Below, piece by piece: positions 51,629 to 64,000 of a stretch of DNA of 64,000 nt. A model generated the notes under the pieces. The model was given only the letters and a program-made list of their open reading frames with translations, had not been told where the DNA came from and ran no database searches. The stretch covers positions 682,001 through 746,000 of the forward strand of contig JBEWZL010000077.1 in the NCBI GenBank assembly GCA_045837725.1. The letters are read 5' to 3'. Each line of letters starts with the position of its first letter. The stretch's first letter is position 1. Source of the stretch: Vermamoeba vermiformis (Eukaryota). A program made the translations under genes and the position numbers.

Positions 51629-52844
51629 TGTTATTGCGTGCCCAAAGAATGAATTGTAATGGCAAATTGCATGGCTCCTGACACATTTATCGTGTGAGTG
51701 GACTGAACAATAGTCCAACGCAAGATATGTTTAGTCATTGCACTGTCAAATCCATACATTTTCCTGACCCAGAGAGATTTCACACGACTGTTGCGGAGTA
51801 TAAATGTCAGCGCGAGATTCTATGGGACACCATTGAAAGTGCCATCGAAACGAAGCTAGAAAATTGTATGGTTAGTCCTTGACCGTTGTTTTGGATGCTT
51901 ACAAAGTGGATTTGGATGTTGAAAACGGGATGTGGTTGACGATCGCTTATCAAGACTGGACTCGCGCAAAGTCTCTTCGCCATAAATGAATGAGTAGACA
52001 ACACGCCGAGGTATCTTTGATGCAATTGTGGACAAAAAGAAAGCAAGGCGAACGTGTAGAGTGAAGGACTCTGTTTATTTTTGTTCATCTGACATCTCAC
52101 TAGGAAGCTTACCTGATATTTGCTAACTACAATAGCACTCTTGCTCGAGGGACATTGTATCTGTGCATCGTGTCCTTATACGTAAAAGGTTGTAGAACAT
52201 TCCTCATCGACCACAGAGATTCAAATTACCGTTACGAACTAACAAAAAAAATATTAGAGAGGTGTAAGGGAGGAATACGAGGCAGTAAAAATATTATGAT
52301 GGTAGTATTTGTGTCAGAATTGATAGGAATAAACTGTCCACATTATTATTAAGTTTTGTTTTCTCGTCTTTCAAAAATCCACCATCGACAATTAAAAAAT
52401 CAGAAAATAATTTTAAAAATCGATAATTACCTTAGACAACATGTACACACATATACAAGCATATTGCACGTCAACAGCAAGTGGTACTATTTTTCTAGAG
52501 CATTGACACTCGCAGATTTGATTGCGCGCCAAGCACCAGAACGAATAAACCAGCCTGCGTGCGTATTAGTAGGCCGAGGTATAAGATTTCGAGGTTATAA
52601 TAATGGAAAGGGGTGTGCTCTTCATTAGTAATTGCTGCGAAAATCAAGGAACACGACAAGCAAAGCCACCCAGCCAACTTTTTTTGTTCCGAGCGAATCT
52701 GGCCCAAAACCTTTTTTCTCTTCTTGATGTCTAATATGAAAACGGAGCGCAGGCCTTTGCTTATATCGATAAAATAGGTCTCCACTCGTGCGAGCGCAAA
52801 GCTAAAATCAACACTAGAGTGACAAGAGAAACGGTCAGCGAAAG

Positions 52845-54305
52845 ATGACGACGTTGAGCAATTGGGACGACGGTGAAAAGTTGTTATATCATACTTTTTA
52901 TAATGAATTAAGGTAATGATAATTTTTATTTATATACGAGTTGCAAAGGTCGAAGGCCGACCTCGGATTATGGAAATTTAAATTTCGAAATTAAGGCCTG
53001 AATATTTAATGAAATCCTTCATTTAAAAATACCGCTTCAATAAAATATTGGTCATTATTTAATGTTTTTCATAATAATGGTATCGAATACGCCCTTATTT
53101 GTTCAATTTCGTTAACGATATTGATCTGTGTATTTAGGGTGGCACCTGAAGAGACTCCAGTCACTTTAACAATTCCGCCTCGTGCATCACGAGCGTATCT
53201 TGAAAAGATGACTCAAATCATGTTCGAAACGTTCTCAGTTCCTTGTTTGAATTTTGTTCACCAAGCAACTGCTTGCGTTGTTGGTAATGGAACCTATTCT
53301 GGTCAGTATTATATTTAAATATTTACACGTGTAATTATACGGCCTAGATAATTAGCGGGTGAGTATGAAATATTAAGACTAACGCGATCCCGTGTAGGTC
53401 TTGTCGTTCTAATGGGCCATCAAAATGTATGGGTTATTCCAGTTCACCAATTAAGAGCGCTCGACGACGCGGCAGTTAAAATTCCTATTGGCGGTGTACA
53501 TATTACAGCACACATTGCACAAGAAATGCACCTGACCACGAGTGCAGAGCTTGAGATTGCTCAAGATATGAAGATCAAGCATTGTAAGTTATAAGCGGTA
53601 TTAATAGCGTGTTTAAAGACCGTTTAATAATGGATTTTGCTTTAGGCTTTGTTAGTTTGGATTATGAAACGGATTCACGAGATGCGTCGAGACACGCCGT
53701 TGATTATGAAATGCCGGTAGGTTCAGACATTGATACCATTTAATACTTATTACTAACGTACTCGATCAAGGACGGAACAATGGTGAATCTTTCAACTGTT
53801 CGTTTCTACGGCCCAGAAGTTTATTTCAAACCATCGCTGCTTGGCAAGTCATCATCGACTTTGCCCGAGGCTATTGCAACAGCGATTTCAAACTGCGACT
53901 ATTCACTTAGAAAGAAGATGGCATCTAATATTATCCTCGCAGGAGGTTCATCGTTATTTCCTAATATGGTATGTGCACGGGCTCTCAAAACATTATGACC
54001 GACCCTAACTTGATGTTAAAATTTCTTAGGCACAGCGCATCGAAAGAGAGCTGAGAAAGGACCATTCAATGATGGATCTTGGATATTAGAGTTAAGAGCA
54101 GTAATGACCGCTATGCTGTTTGGGTTGGTGGCTCGGTGTACCTCAGTTTATCGACCTACCGTAAGTATTGGATGAAAACAAACCGCTGAGCTAAAATTTT
54201 AATATTTTTGTTTTAGCTATGTCTACAATGATGAGCAAAGAGGATTATGACCAAGTCGGTCCTTCGCTCGCTCATCTGTTTTATAACTATCCCGTGTCCG
54301 AGTAA
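52845..54305 (+). CDS. Highly divergent, apparently N-terminally truncated actin-like gene with a +1 frameshift (possible pseudogene)
   Basis: [81 protein letters not shown]. In-frame TAG at 54087-54089. Confidence 0.8.
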
Positions 54306-54460
54306 TGTAGATCTTCTATTGTATTAATACCCGTAAACTGTATAATAAACTAGTTATATAACATTATGAAGTCTCCGTTTTTGGATGCGGTTACAAGCTT
54401 TTGTTGCGATCTCAAAATAATTTGTTGCTCTCTTACAAGCACAACCACAATAGTATAGAC

Positions 54461-56436
54461 ATGGAAAATCCCGGAGAGTATCACAGTGCAGAGCATACAC
54501 AAGTTCCTTTGCAACAAAGCAATACAAATGCCAACCAACGACCATTGGTTAAGATGCGCGGTTTGTATCCTATTGGCGGACCCAAGATTGTTCGAGAGGA
54601 GTTTGAGAAATTAGGATTTGAGTACAGACCTCCTAACACACCAAACGGTAAGTTGTAATTTGAATAAATTTATTTTTATTTTTTTTGAATTGTGGATCCG
54701 ACTAAAATTAAGATTGGGCAATATTTTCTGCACCTTTGTTAATATTTTTCAATACAGTATTTTTAGATAATTTTTCCAAATTACGTCACGTAATTTAATT
54801 TTGATAGGTGACGTTTTACGTTTAAAATTAATTGGTTAATTTTGCTTTACAGAGGAGTGCGATTCATTTTGGGTCATGCGCTTCGATCCTCCTGAATTCA
54901 AAGCTATGCGCGGGAACCAAAAGGTTAATTTTTTGCCTGGCATGACCGAGCTGTGCATCAAGAGCATGCTGCATTCAAATATAGTAAAAATGAAAGAAAA
55001 GTTTGGCGAGGAGGTAATAATAGTTTGCATTAGTATTACATTAAAATAACTGATTTTTCACTCGTAATAGCCTTTTTCGTTTTGGCCTCGCGGCTTTAAT
55101 TTGCCTGAAGAATACGACAAGTTGAAGAAATACTACGAAGACAACGGCGACAAACAAATTCCATTTATCATTAAGCCTGCTCGTCGCGCGTGTGGCACTG
55201 GCATCACGTGCATTACTCACGTGTCACAACTCAATCCTGAAGACGAATTCATTAAAACTGAGACACCTGTTGCTCAAGAGTACGTGTGCTATCATTGTAA
55301 TCAATGTTTAGTAGCTGCTTAATATCGATTCTAATCGCTCTAATGCGTAGGTATGTCATGAACCCAATCTTACTCGACGGGTTCAAGATCTCATTCAGAA
55401 TCTACGTGGCAATCACTAGTGTATCTCCTTTGAGAATTTACGTACACCCAAGTGGTCTTACACGAATCAGTAGCGAGAAGTGAGTACAGATTATGCTACG
55501 ATGAAGCACATGACTAACAATACTAGGTACCGCACGGATCTGGAGTCGTTTGGCAACGGTGCTAATTTCATTCATTTGACCAACTACGACTTGAATAAGT
55601 TCAACAAAGATAACTTTGCTAATCTCGTTAGCCCGGAAATTCAGCACGATAACATGCGCTGGTAAGGGATCCTCAAGTTTTCAACACGTGTTTCTCATCC
55701 ACTTAATTCAGTGAAATGCAATATATTTTCGACACTTTGCGACAAAATGGCCATGACGTTGACAAGTTATGGGAGGAGATCAAAGAGGTCATAACAAAAT
55801 CGTTTTTGGCTGCCGAACAACGGATCACAACAGCGATTAGCCGAATCGTTCATTACCGAAGTAACGGCTATGAATTACTTGGTTTTGATTTCTTAGTCGA
55901 TGAGAATATGAAGCCTTGGTTGCTCGAGGTCAATCACGCCCCGAATCTGGAACCTCATACTGCACTTGAAACTAAAGTGAAGGTACGTAGAAGAGTAGCT
56001 AATTTGCTTCTATACAATACGAATGTTGTGCAACTACATTATTCTAATTTCAATTCTAGCGAGCTGCTATTAAGGATTTGCTTCAATTGGTGGATGTGGC
56101 TCGAGTGGATGCGGTTTCAACGGAGGAGGAGACTAAGCAGAAGTTCGAAAAGCTGTAAGTTTATTACCATAGTTTCAATTTAACTCAATGATTTCTTCTT
56201 ATAGGCAACATTATATCGCAACTATGGAGCCTGAAGAGGAAAGCGATGTAATGTTGAGCAAGTTAACCAGATCTGATGTTTGGAAGATCGTCGCTACTCA
56301 GCGCGAGAATGCTAGAAGAGGAGACTTCCAACGCTTATTCCCTAATCCTGACTCGGGCAAGTACAACGAAATCGCTTGGCCTAACAAAGAAAATCAACTT
56401 GTTATTAAGTTTATGGAGTTCTTTGAGACATTATAA
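54461..56436 (+). CDS. Tubulin-tyrosine ligase-like (TTLL) protein, glutamylase-type
   Basis: QKVNFLPGMTELCIK, FIIKP..ACGTGI, VAQEYVMNPILLDGFK, HLTNY, YELLGFDFLVDENMKPWLLEVNHAP, RRGDFQRLFP. Confidence 0.9.
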
Positions 56437-56588
56437 AATAACTATATCCGTATATCCATTCGCTCTTAAAATACAAGACTAATATTTTAACGCTAACGAG
56501 TTTGTTTTGAACTTCAATTCAAATCATTTTTGTTTTGAACCTTGATTCAAGTACACAAGCAAGCACACAACGGAAACGGAAGAAAATC

Positions 56589-58724
56589 ATGGACGCGAGC
56601 GCACTATCAGATATCAAACAACAAGCGGAGAGTTGCTTGGACGTCATCGAAAAGGTACTCGGAATCTGGATCCAGCAGAATTCTAACTTTCGTTACTAGG
56701 CACTTCAGCACCTGATAGCCATTGATTCTGCCCAAAAAATAAGCGGTAACGTCTACGGTCAAGAAAACATTGTCTTAAAGAAGCGCGTTGAAGACCTGAC
56801 TGCCGGTACGCGATCCAAATTTTTAGTTCAAAATTAACTCTCCACAGAAAACAAGCAACTAGTCGGTTTAATAAAGAAGTACCAATCCTCGTTATCGGAT
56901 AACTTAGTTTATGCCGAGAAGGTACGTTTTCTAGCTTTTTTGCTTTGATCTGATCCGTTTTGCTAGTTGCGGGAGGAGAAGGTTTGCTCGGAAGCCTATC
57001 AAGCGCAGTTAGAGCGCCTAAAGGCCGTAAGATAATATAGTAGTATCGTACTGTGGCACTAATCTTTATTAGGAAATTGAGGAGTGTCGAAGGATAGTTG
57101 CGGATGAGCGCTCAAAAGAGCAGCAGAGCCTTCAAGCATTCTACGAGCAGCGAGAGCACGATACACTTCAATTTAGAATTGCCCTGGAAGCGCGCGACCG
57201 CGAAAAAGAGGAGATGAAGGTTCAGATCGAGGCAATGAAAAAGCAAGTCGAGGACGAGAGGTTCAAATGGAGCCAAGAGATTCAAGCTAGAGACGAAAAC
57301 TTCGTTAAGAAGCAAAAGGAGATCGACGACTTAAGAAAAGAGAATATAAAGAATAATCAGCAGCACGAGCAGCAACTGCAGCGATTGAGAATGAAGGTAC
57401 GGTCCAGCTCCGGATCTCGGTTGAACAAACTCACTAACGATTTGTATTCTTTAGTACGAAGAACAAATGATGCAGTTGACTCAAATCGGCAGGAAGTAGT
57501 TTGGCCTCAGATGCGTCAGTTGCGACGTACCGGCAAATTTTTCTGTCAAACTTTATTTTTTGTTGATTATTGCTTTATCATTATAAACACAATAATTAAT
57601 GATTAAACTAGCGTTGATAACCATAGTATTCCTACTGGTAAGTGGTGAGGCGGATTCGAGCGGTACGCCGCCTTCTAAACCGGCTGTGGACTGCGCAAAG
57701 CAAGCGATTCAAGTAAGTACTTTTAGTAGTATATAATAATAAATATTAATACGATTTTTAGGTGCTACGGAGCCAAGTTGTCATCAAGGACGAAGAGATC
57801 TGGACTCAAAAGCTCTCCAAAAATCATAAATATATGTTAGCAACCGCTACGCTCAATTGCCTTGTTACAGACATCAACCCAAAGCTGATGCAATAGAGTG
57901 CTCCAATCGCGACATTATGGCCTGCTTGCGCACTTCAGTTTCGGATCTGCAGTACACTATGTTGACCAATTTACTGCATTATTTAGGTAATTTTATTTTG
58001 TACAAAATAACCTTTTATCAATGATAATATTTACGAACGGCCAATATTTGTTATTAAACATCTATCAGAGGAAATCTCGTGGGATCTTGACGGAGAAGTG
58101 CTCCAAGAACAAACTATAGGTACCTGTACATGTCCTAATCACATAATTATCCGTTTGTATTCGATTGCTACGTTTGTAGCGAAGTTCATACTGGTTACTA
58201 ATTTTAGCTTTTTCCTTTTAAGGACATCTTACCCAAAGCTTGTCAGCACTCGAAGCGTTAAACGCAGATCAAGCCAAAGCACAACAAATACAACAGTCCC
58301 TTGCGAATAGAGTGGATGAGCTCATTAATATGGCCTCTGAAAATACACAGACAATCTCTCATCTTTTGGTACGTGTAGATCCACTCATCGCATTGCCATT
58401 TAGCTCCGACGATAAACTTAATAGTACTTAAATTCATCGTAGGGTATTATGGAGCCTATAATAGAGCAGATAGTGTCACTTGTCAACGTGACCGAGTCAA
58501 TTTTGGTCAAATCGAAATCGATTCACGAACGACAGGTGGTGATCGATTTCTTCTTAATGCTCGTCATCCTGTCTGTTGGCTACTACATGCTACAGCGATT
58601 CTTGCACGCCTTAATCTTCATGATCGTCACAAAACAGGATCTGCTAGTTGTCGTCATTAGCAGAACTCGCTTGCTTCTAATGACCTGCTTCCTCATTCAC
58701 ATAGCGTTGCTTTACTTCCACTAA
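56589..58724 (+). CDS. Coiled-coil protein with C-terminal hydrophobic (membrane) segments, function unknown; many small exons
   Basis: E/K/Q-rich heptad exons bounded by GT-AG; the last exon has hydrophobic stretches (FFLMLVILSVGYYML; LLLMTCFLIHIALLYFH). Confidence 0.5.
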
Positions 58725-58911
58725 GGTGACGAATTCTTACGTGCATAATCACATGGTAAATTTCCGAAGATTTTTCGTGATGTGTCAATAACGTTGCCAG
58801 AAAGTTCGCAGTCAATAATTTTCCAGCGTCATATTTCAGGTATAAAATCTTGTTGATTGGTACAGGGCATATTCTAACTTGAATAAAGACAGAAAAAGAA
58901 CACGCGACGTT

Positions 58912-61183
58912 ATGATTGGGATCTTGATCGGAGGAGTTATCGTCTTTCTCATAGGACGCTGGTATATTAAAGCAATCGAAAGGTTAAAATCGGTTCGCTT
59001 AGTTAATCTTGCGGAGGCCAATGGCAGAGTAAGATTTAGTTTCTTAAATCAAATTATTTTTAATTATTTAAGACTTTTATCGCTGCGTTTATCGGATAAT
59101 TTATCGGTATAACTTTGTTAAAGTACTGCGAATAATGTATTTACCCAATTTTTATTTAATTTTGAATATACCTAAATTGGTATCTGTCGAAATTTAAACT
59201 TGCGGGGGTTTAGATCTGTTGTATAGCACAATTTACTGATAATTTATGCTTTATTATAGCCCTTAATCATTCCTTACATTGACCCGCTGCTTACTCTCGG
59301 CCGGATGATCAAGCGAGTGATAACCCGCGATGTAAGCCAAACCAAGTGAACTTGCAATTTCGTTACTAATGTGTTTGTAGCCCACGACGGATTTTGAATT
59401 ATTTCCCAAGTTTGCTCAGGCTTATGAAAATAAGTAAGGACGTTCAAGAACGCGCTAGATCCGAAAAGTACCTTGAACTAACTTTTGTCCTTAGATCTCA
59501 TTCCGCGCAGTTAATATTCTTCGGGGTGCCGATTATAATGACTTGGGATCCTCAGGCTATACGAGAGATTTCAAGGTAGGTGGCTTTCTCCATTTTCTGC
59601 GCATCCGCTTACTAACCGCTCGCGTGCAGCAACACAGAGGTCTTTCATAAAACGGGAAATATCAACGCGTTATTGGACCGCCTAGCAGGTGAAGGTGTGC
59701 TTATGGTTGATGGTGATAGATGGTCCCGACAACGACGAGTAAGTCATGAAGTGATGGGTACGCGACGATCAATCGATTGACACGTGTCATTTCAGGTGAT
59801 GAATCCTTCGTTCAGAATCACCAAACTGAAATCACTCTTCCCTGCATTCACTCACTCTGGTCACTTGTTGATCAATGCAATCAAAGAAGAAATGAACGAG
59901 AACAATGGAGGTGTGAAGATGTATCCTTTGCTGACCAAGGTATACTTTGCCAAGATATTCCTTTATGCGCGATATCACGTCTAAAATCTTCTATAGATGA
60001 CAATGGAAGCTATTGGCAAAGCAGGCTTTGGCTTCGACTTTGGTAGTTTTGACAAGAACGCACCGCTGGAGTTACAATCGTACCAATTCATCACCGAAAA
60101 GCTCACAGACCCGAAAAGCTTTATTTCAGGAGTATCCAAGCTACCGACTAAAGAGAACAAGAAGCTCGACGAAAGCTTCAAATCATTCCGCAAACTTGTG
60201 ACTGATTTGATCGCTAAGAAACGTGCTCAACCCAAAAAAGAAGGCAAGTGCTAACTCATTGGCTAAAGCACTATGACACTGACACGTGCTTGTTGTAGGT
60301 GAAGAAAGTGACTTGTTGGAGATGCTCGTATCAGTGAATGACGAAGGATCAAAGATGACAGACGAAGAACTGATTCACAATGTGAACACTTTCTTCATTG
60401 CTGGTCACGAGACATCATCTTCTGGTACGTTGACCTGGCTCTAATTATCGGATAATACTAATGACTTCCTATCAAACAGGGCTGCACAATACACTTTACA
60501 TGTTAGCCAAGAATATGGATGCTCAAGAAAAAGCACGGGAAGAAGTCAAACAAGTTCTTCACGGGGCAGATCCGACATACGAAGATATCGCACACTTGAA
60601 CTATATTACTGCCGTCATTAGAGAGGCGATGAGAATATTGCCACCTGTAATTGGCTTCTCCAGACAAGCTGCTGAAGACACCGTCGTCAACGGCTATCAC
60701 GTACCAAAGGGAACAATTATCACCATGTTATCTGTAGTCATTCAAAACTCCACCGAGTACTACGACGAGCCGTCAAAGTTCAAACCTGAACGATGGATGA
60801 AAGAGAACGAGAACGAAAAGTCGAGTAACAACAACGCTGCTCCATGGTACCCATTTGGTGCTGGTAAGTGTATTAAAGATAAGTGATCCAAGGCATATTA
60901 ATGGGATCGCTAATGCTTAAGAACGCTTTTATGCCGTATTAATGTATTAATTAATTTTATCTAAAGGTCCGCGTATGTGCATTGGCAATCACTTTGCAAT
61001 GCTGGAGATGAGAGCGGTGCTGGCAATGTTATTGCAACGATTCAAGTTCACTCCAAAAGCTGAGGTAAGTTCAAACCAACAATTGAAGCAAGGCTAATTT
61101 GACACTTGTTACAGCTCAAGTTCCAAAGAGCTATTGCGTTGAAGCCATTCGATGATTTCACTCTCGGTGTTGAATCGTTGTAA
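58912..61183 (+). CDS. Cytochrome P450, copy 1
   Basis: N-terminal anchor, [27 protein letters not shown] (ExxR), FKPERW, PFGAGPRMCIG. Confidence 0.93.
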
Positions 61184-61713
61184 ATACTAGTATTAGCTAG
61201 CATTTGTAGAATAAATAAATCGAGCCATCGATTGTCTTGCATGTTTGAAGTTGATCTGTTGAAGTCTGTGGCCCAGAGGCATCAGGTGTAATATGAAGTG
61301 AAAATCCATAAATTACTTGTTTTCGACTGAGGTGGCACCGTGGTAACCTTGTTGATAGACTGCTACGCGATCGATGCCACCCCAAAAGCGATCCGGTTCC
61401 ACATTTTGATGTGGAGTACTTGAGTTTATTGAATGACAGGTGACTTATTGGTGTGGGTTTGTTACGATGAGCAGTCTTAAGACGTTACATTGCTTTAGAT
61501 TTTGTGAACCGCGGAAGGACAGTGGAAAACGGAACGTGGGCTGTGAACTCACGCAACTGACAGCCGTCAATTTCGTTTTTTTTTTGGGGTTCAGGAACAG
61601 ATTTAAAAGAACCGAATTAAGCGAAAAAACGCAACACTAGATATAAATTAGATTCTTGTTTCACTATTGGACACATTGCAAATTGAAGAATCGAGTAAAT
61701 ACAAGGATCGAAC

Positions 61714-64000
61714 ATGATCGGCATTTTGATTGGAGGCTTTATCGCCTTTCTTATTCTTCGCTGGAATTTTAGCGTCATCAATAAAATGAGGACAGTCCGC
61801 TTGGTGCACCCTAGCGAAGCAAATGGCAAAGTAAGCGATCTTGATCCAAAATAATCGAAAAAATAAAATCTTCGTTGCTGTAATTGCTAAAATCAAAATT
61901 CATTCAATTAATTATATTATAAATTAGCCTATAACGATGCCATATGAAAACCCAGCTGTCAGTTTAGTTAAGTTTGGGTGGCGAATGCTGACCGGAACTG
62001 TAAGTCTGGCTATGCGTCCTAATTATCATTATTAACATGACCTTAGACAAAACCTGACTTCGAGCTATTCCCTCAATTGGCTAAGACTTGGGACAACAAG
62101 TAAGAGAATTTTCCGGAGGAGATCCGAAATTTTGGTTTTGCGCCTTTGCAAGATTGTACTTAATTTTGTTTACATCATAGGTCTCACTCTTTTCAGCTTT
62201 ATTTCTTTGGTTACCCAATTATCGTAACGTGGGATCCTCAAACAATCCGCGAAGTTTCAAGGTACGCATCCGGCACTAAACTTGATAGTTTCAATGCGTT
62301 CGGTATCAAATATCAATACTTCAATAATATAGAAAATATATATAAATTTTAGAATAATTGCGTTTTTGGACGTTTTGATCGATTTTTGACTTCGCTAACG
62401 CCTCATTTTTTAACCTCACTACAGCAACACGGAGGTCTTTCACAAGGTCGGCAATTTGAGTTCGATATTGGACCGCCTAGCTGGATCTGGTGTGCTGATG
62501 GTCGATGGTGACACGTGGTCCCGACAACGACGAGTAAGTCATGAAGTGATGGGGATGCGACGATCAAGTGATTGACACGTGTCATTTCAGGTGATGAATC
62601 CTTCGTTCAGAATCACCAAGCTGAAATCACTCTTCCCTGCATTCACTCACTCTGGCCACTTGTTGATCAATGCAATCAAAGAAGAAATGAACGAGAACAA
62701 TGGAAGTGTGAAGATGTATCCTTTGTTGACCAAGGTACACCTTGCCAATCTGTTCCTAAATGAACGATGTCATTTCTGACTCATTCTATAGATGACGATG
62801 GAAGCTATTGGCAAAGCAGGTTTTGGTTTCGATTTTGGCAGTTTTGACAAAAATTCAGCGCTGGAGTTACAATCGTATCAATTCATTATGGACAAGATGG
62901 CCGATCCTAAATATTTCTTCTCTATCGTGCAAAAGCTGCCAACGAAAGAGAACAAGAAACTCGAGGAAAGTTTCACCTCATTCCGCAAACTCGTGACTGA
63001 TTTGATCGCTAAGAAACGTGCTCAACCCAAAAAAGAAGGTCGGTTACTTAAACTAATGTTAACCTGTTGGGCGATATGTTGACATTTTGACACTGACACG
63101 TGCTTGTTGTAGGCGAAGAAAGTGACTTGTTGGAGATGCTCGTATCAGCGAATGACGAAGGATCAAAGATGACAGACGAAGAGCTGATTCACAATGTGAA
63201 CACTTTCTTCATTGCTGGTCACGAGACATCATCTTCTGGTACGTTGATATTTCTCTTTGTCATTGTCAATAACGTTAGTAACATGGTTATTACGCAGCAT
63301 TGAACAACACACTTTATCTTTTGGCGAAGAATATGGATGCTCAAGAAAAGGCACGAGAAGAAGTCAAACAAGTTCTTCACGGAGCAGATCCGACATACGA
63401 AGACATCGCACACTTTAACTACATTACTGCTGTCCTTAGAGAAGCTATGCGTATCTTGCCACCGTTGTTAGGATTCTCGAGACAAGCGATCGAAGACACC
63501 ACTGTCAACGGCTATCACGTGCCTAAAGGTACCATGTTCAGCATTCTCTCCGTCGCACTACACAACTCCGAAGAGTTCTACGATGAGCCATCAAAATTCA
63601 AACCTGAACGATGGATGAAAGAGAACGAGAACGAAAAGAACAATGCTGCTCCTTGGTACCCCTTTGGTGCTGGTAAGCGTATTAATTCTGAGAGTTAGAG
63701 TCACATTAAGATAATTGGACGGTAACGCAAATATTTTTGGCTTGACAGAGAAATTTTTGTAAAACCGGACCGCGAACCACCCTGGGTCTGATGCGGTAAC
63801 TTTGGAGTACTTACATATTGACGTGGGTATTGATGTATTTGTCTAAAAGGTCCTCGTATGTGCATTGGCAATAATTTTGCAATGACGGAAATGAAAGCGG
63901 TGCTGGCAATGTTACTGCAACAATTCAAGTTCACGCCGAAAGTCGAGGTAAGAGCTTTAAAATTGCCCTTATATATCCTTAGTTTGATCATATTCTAATT
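61714..64000 (+). CDS. Cytochrome P450, tandem copy 2 (last exon beyond the window end)
   Basis: Same motifs and intron positions as copy 1, including [15 protein letters not shown]. Confidence 0.92.

Noticed and set aside
51630..52840. Short ORFs in the 1.2-kb spacer between the lyase and the actin-like gene
   Set aside because: No recognisable domain or consistent exon chain.
12663..64000. 4CL-like + CCR/DFR-like + FMO + P450 + SRPBCC as a phenylpropanoid-like biosynthetic cluster
   Set aside because: Spread over ~50 kb and interleaved with unrelated housekeeping genes; no core synthase; all are common families.

Overview
Gene-dense, intron-rich eukaryotic DNA (short AT-rich GT-AG introns with CTAAY-type branch points, standard genetic code); gene content suggests a free-living protist, possibly amoebozoan (inference). 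I reconstructed about 28 protein-coding loci by joining ORF fragments across splice sites: Kelch-BTB, PQ-loop, GNAT, a Kelch-DUF4419-like-LRR fusion, a degenerate eEF2 paralogue, two tandem peroxisomal 4CL-like ligases, F-box, TPR, RNF121-like, SRPBCC, a secreted Cys-rich protein, C2-C2-RasGAP, a nuclease-like/kinase fusion, GPI-type surface proteins, FMO, a beta-lactamase-fold hydrolase, a DFR/CCR-like reductase, aquaporin, LRR-RapGAP, a bacterial-type polysaccharide lyase, a divergent actin-like gene, TTLL, a coiled-coil protein and two tandem P450s. There are also two identical tRNA-Arg(ACG) genes. The most interesting items are: (1) an NLS-bearing putative REase-fold + atypical kinase with a C-terminal D-box (Crinkler-like architecture); (2) a bacterial-type heparinase II/III-like lyase fitted with a signal-peptide exon and GPI tail; (3) a ~245-nt branched fold-back inside a Kelch-BTB intron; (4) an eEF2 paralogue lacking the diphthamide His, with switch I apparently scrambled; (5) a recurrent RGATCY motif in introns; (6) an orphan FMO C-terminus duplicated together with a tRNA. 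Family calls come from motif recognition by eye, not from database searches.
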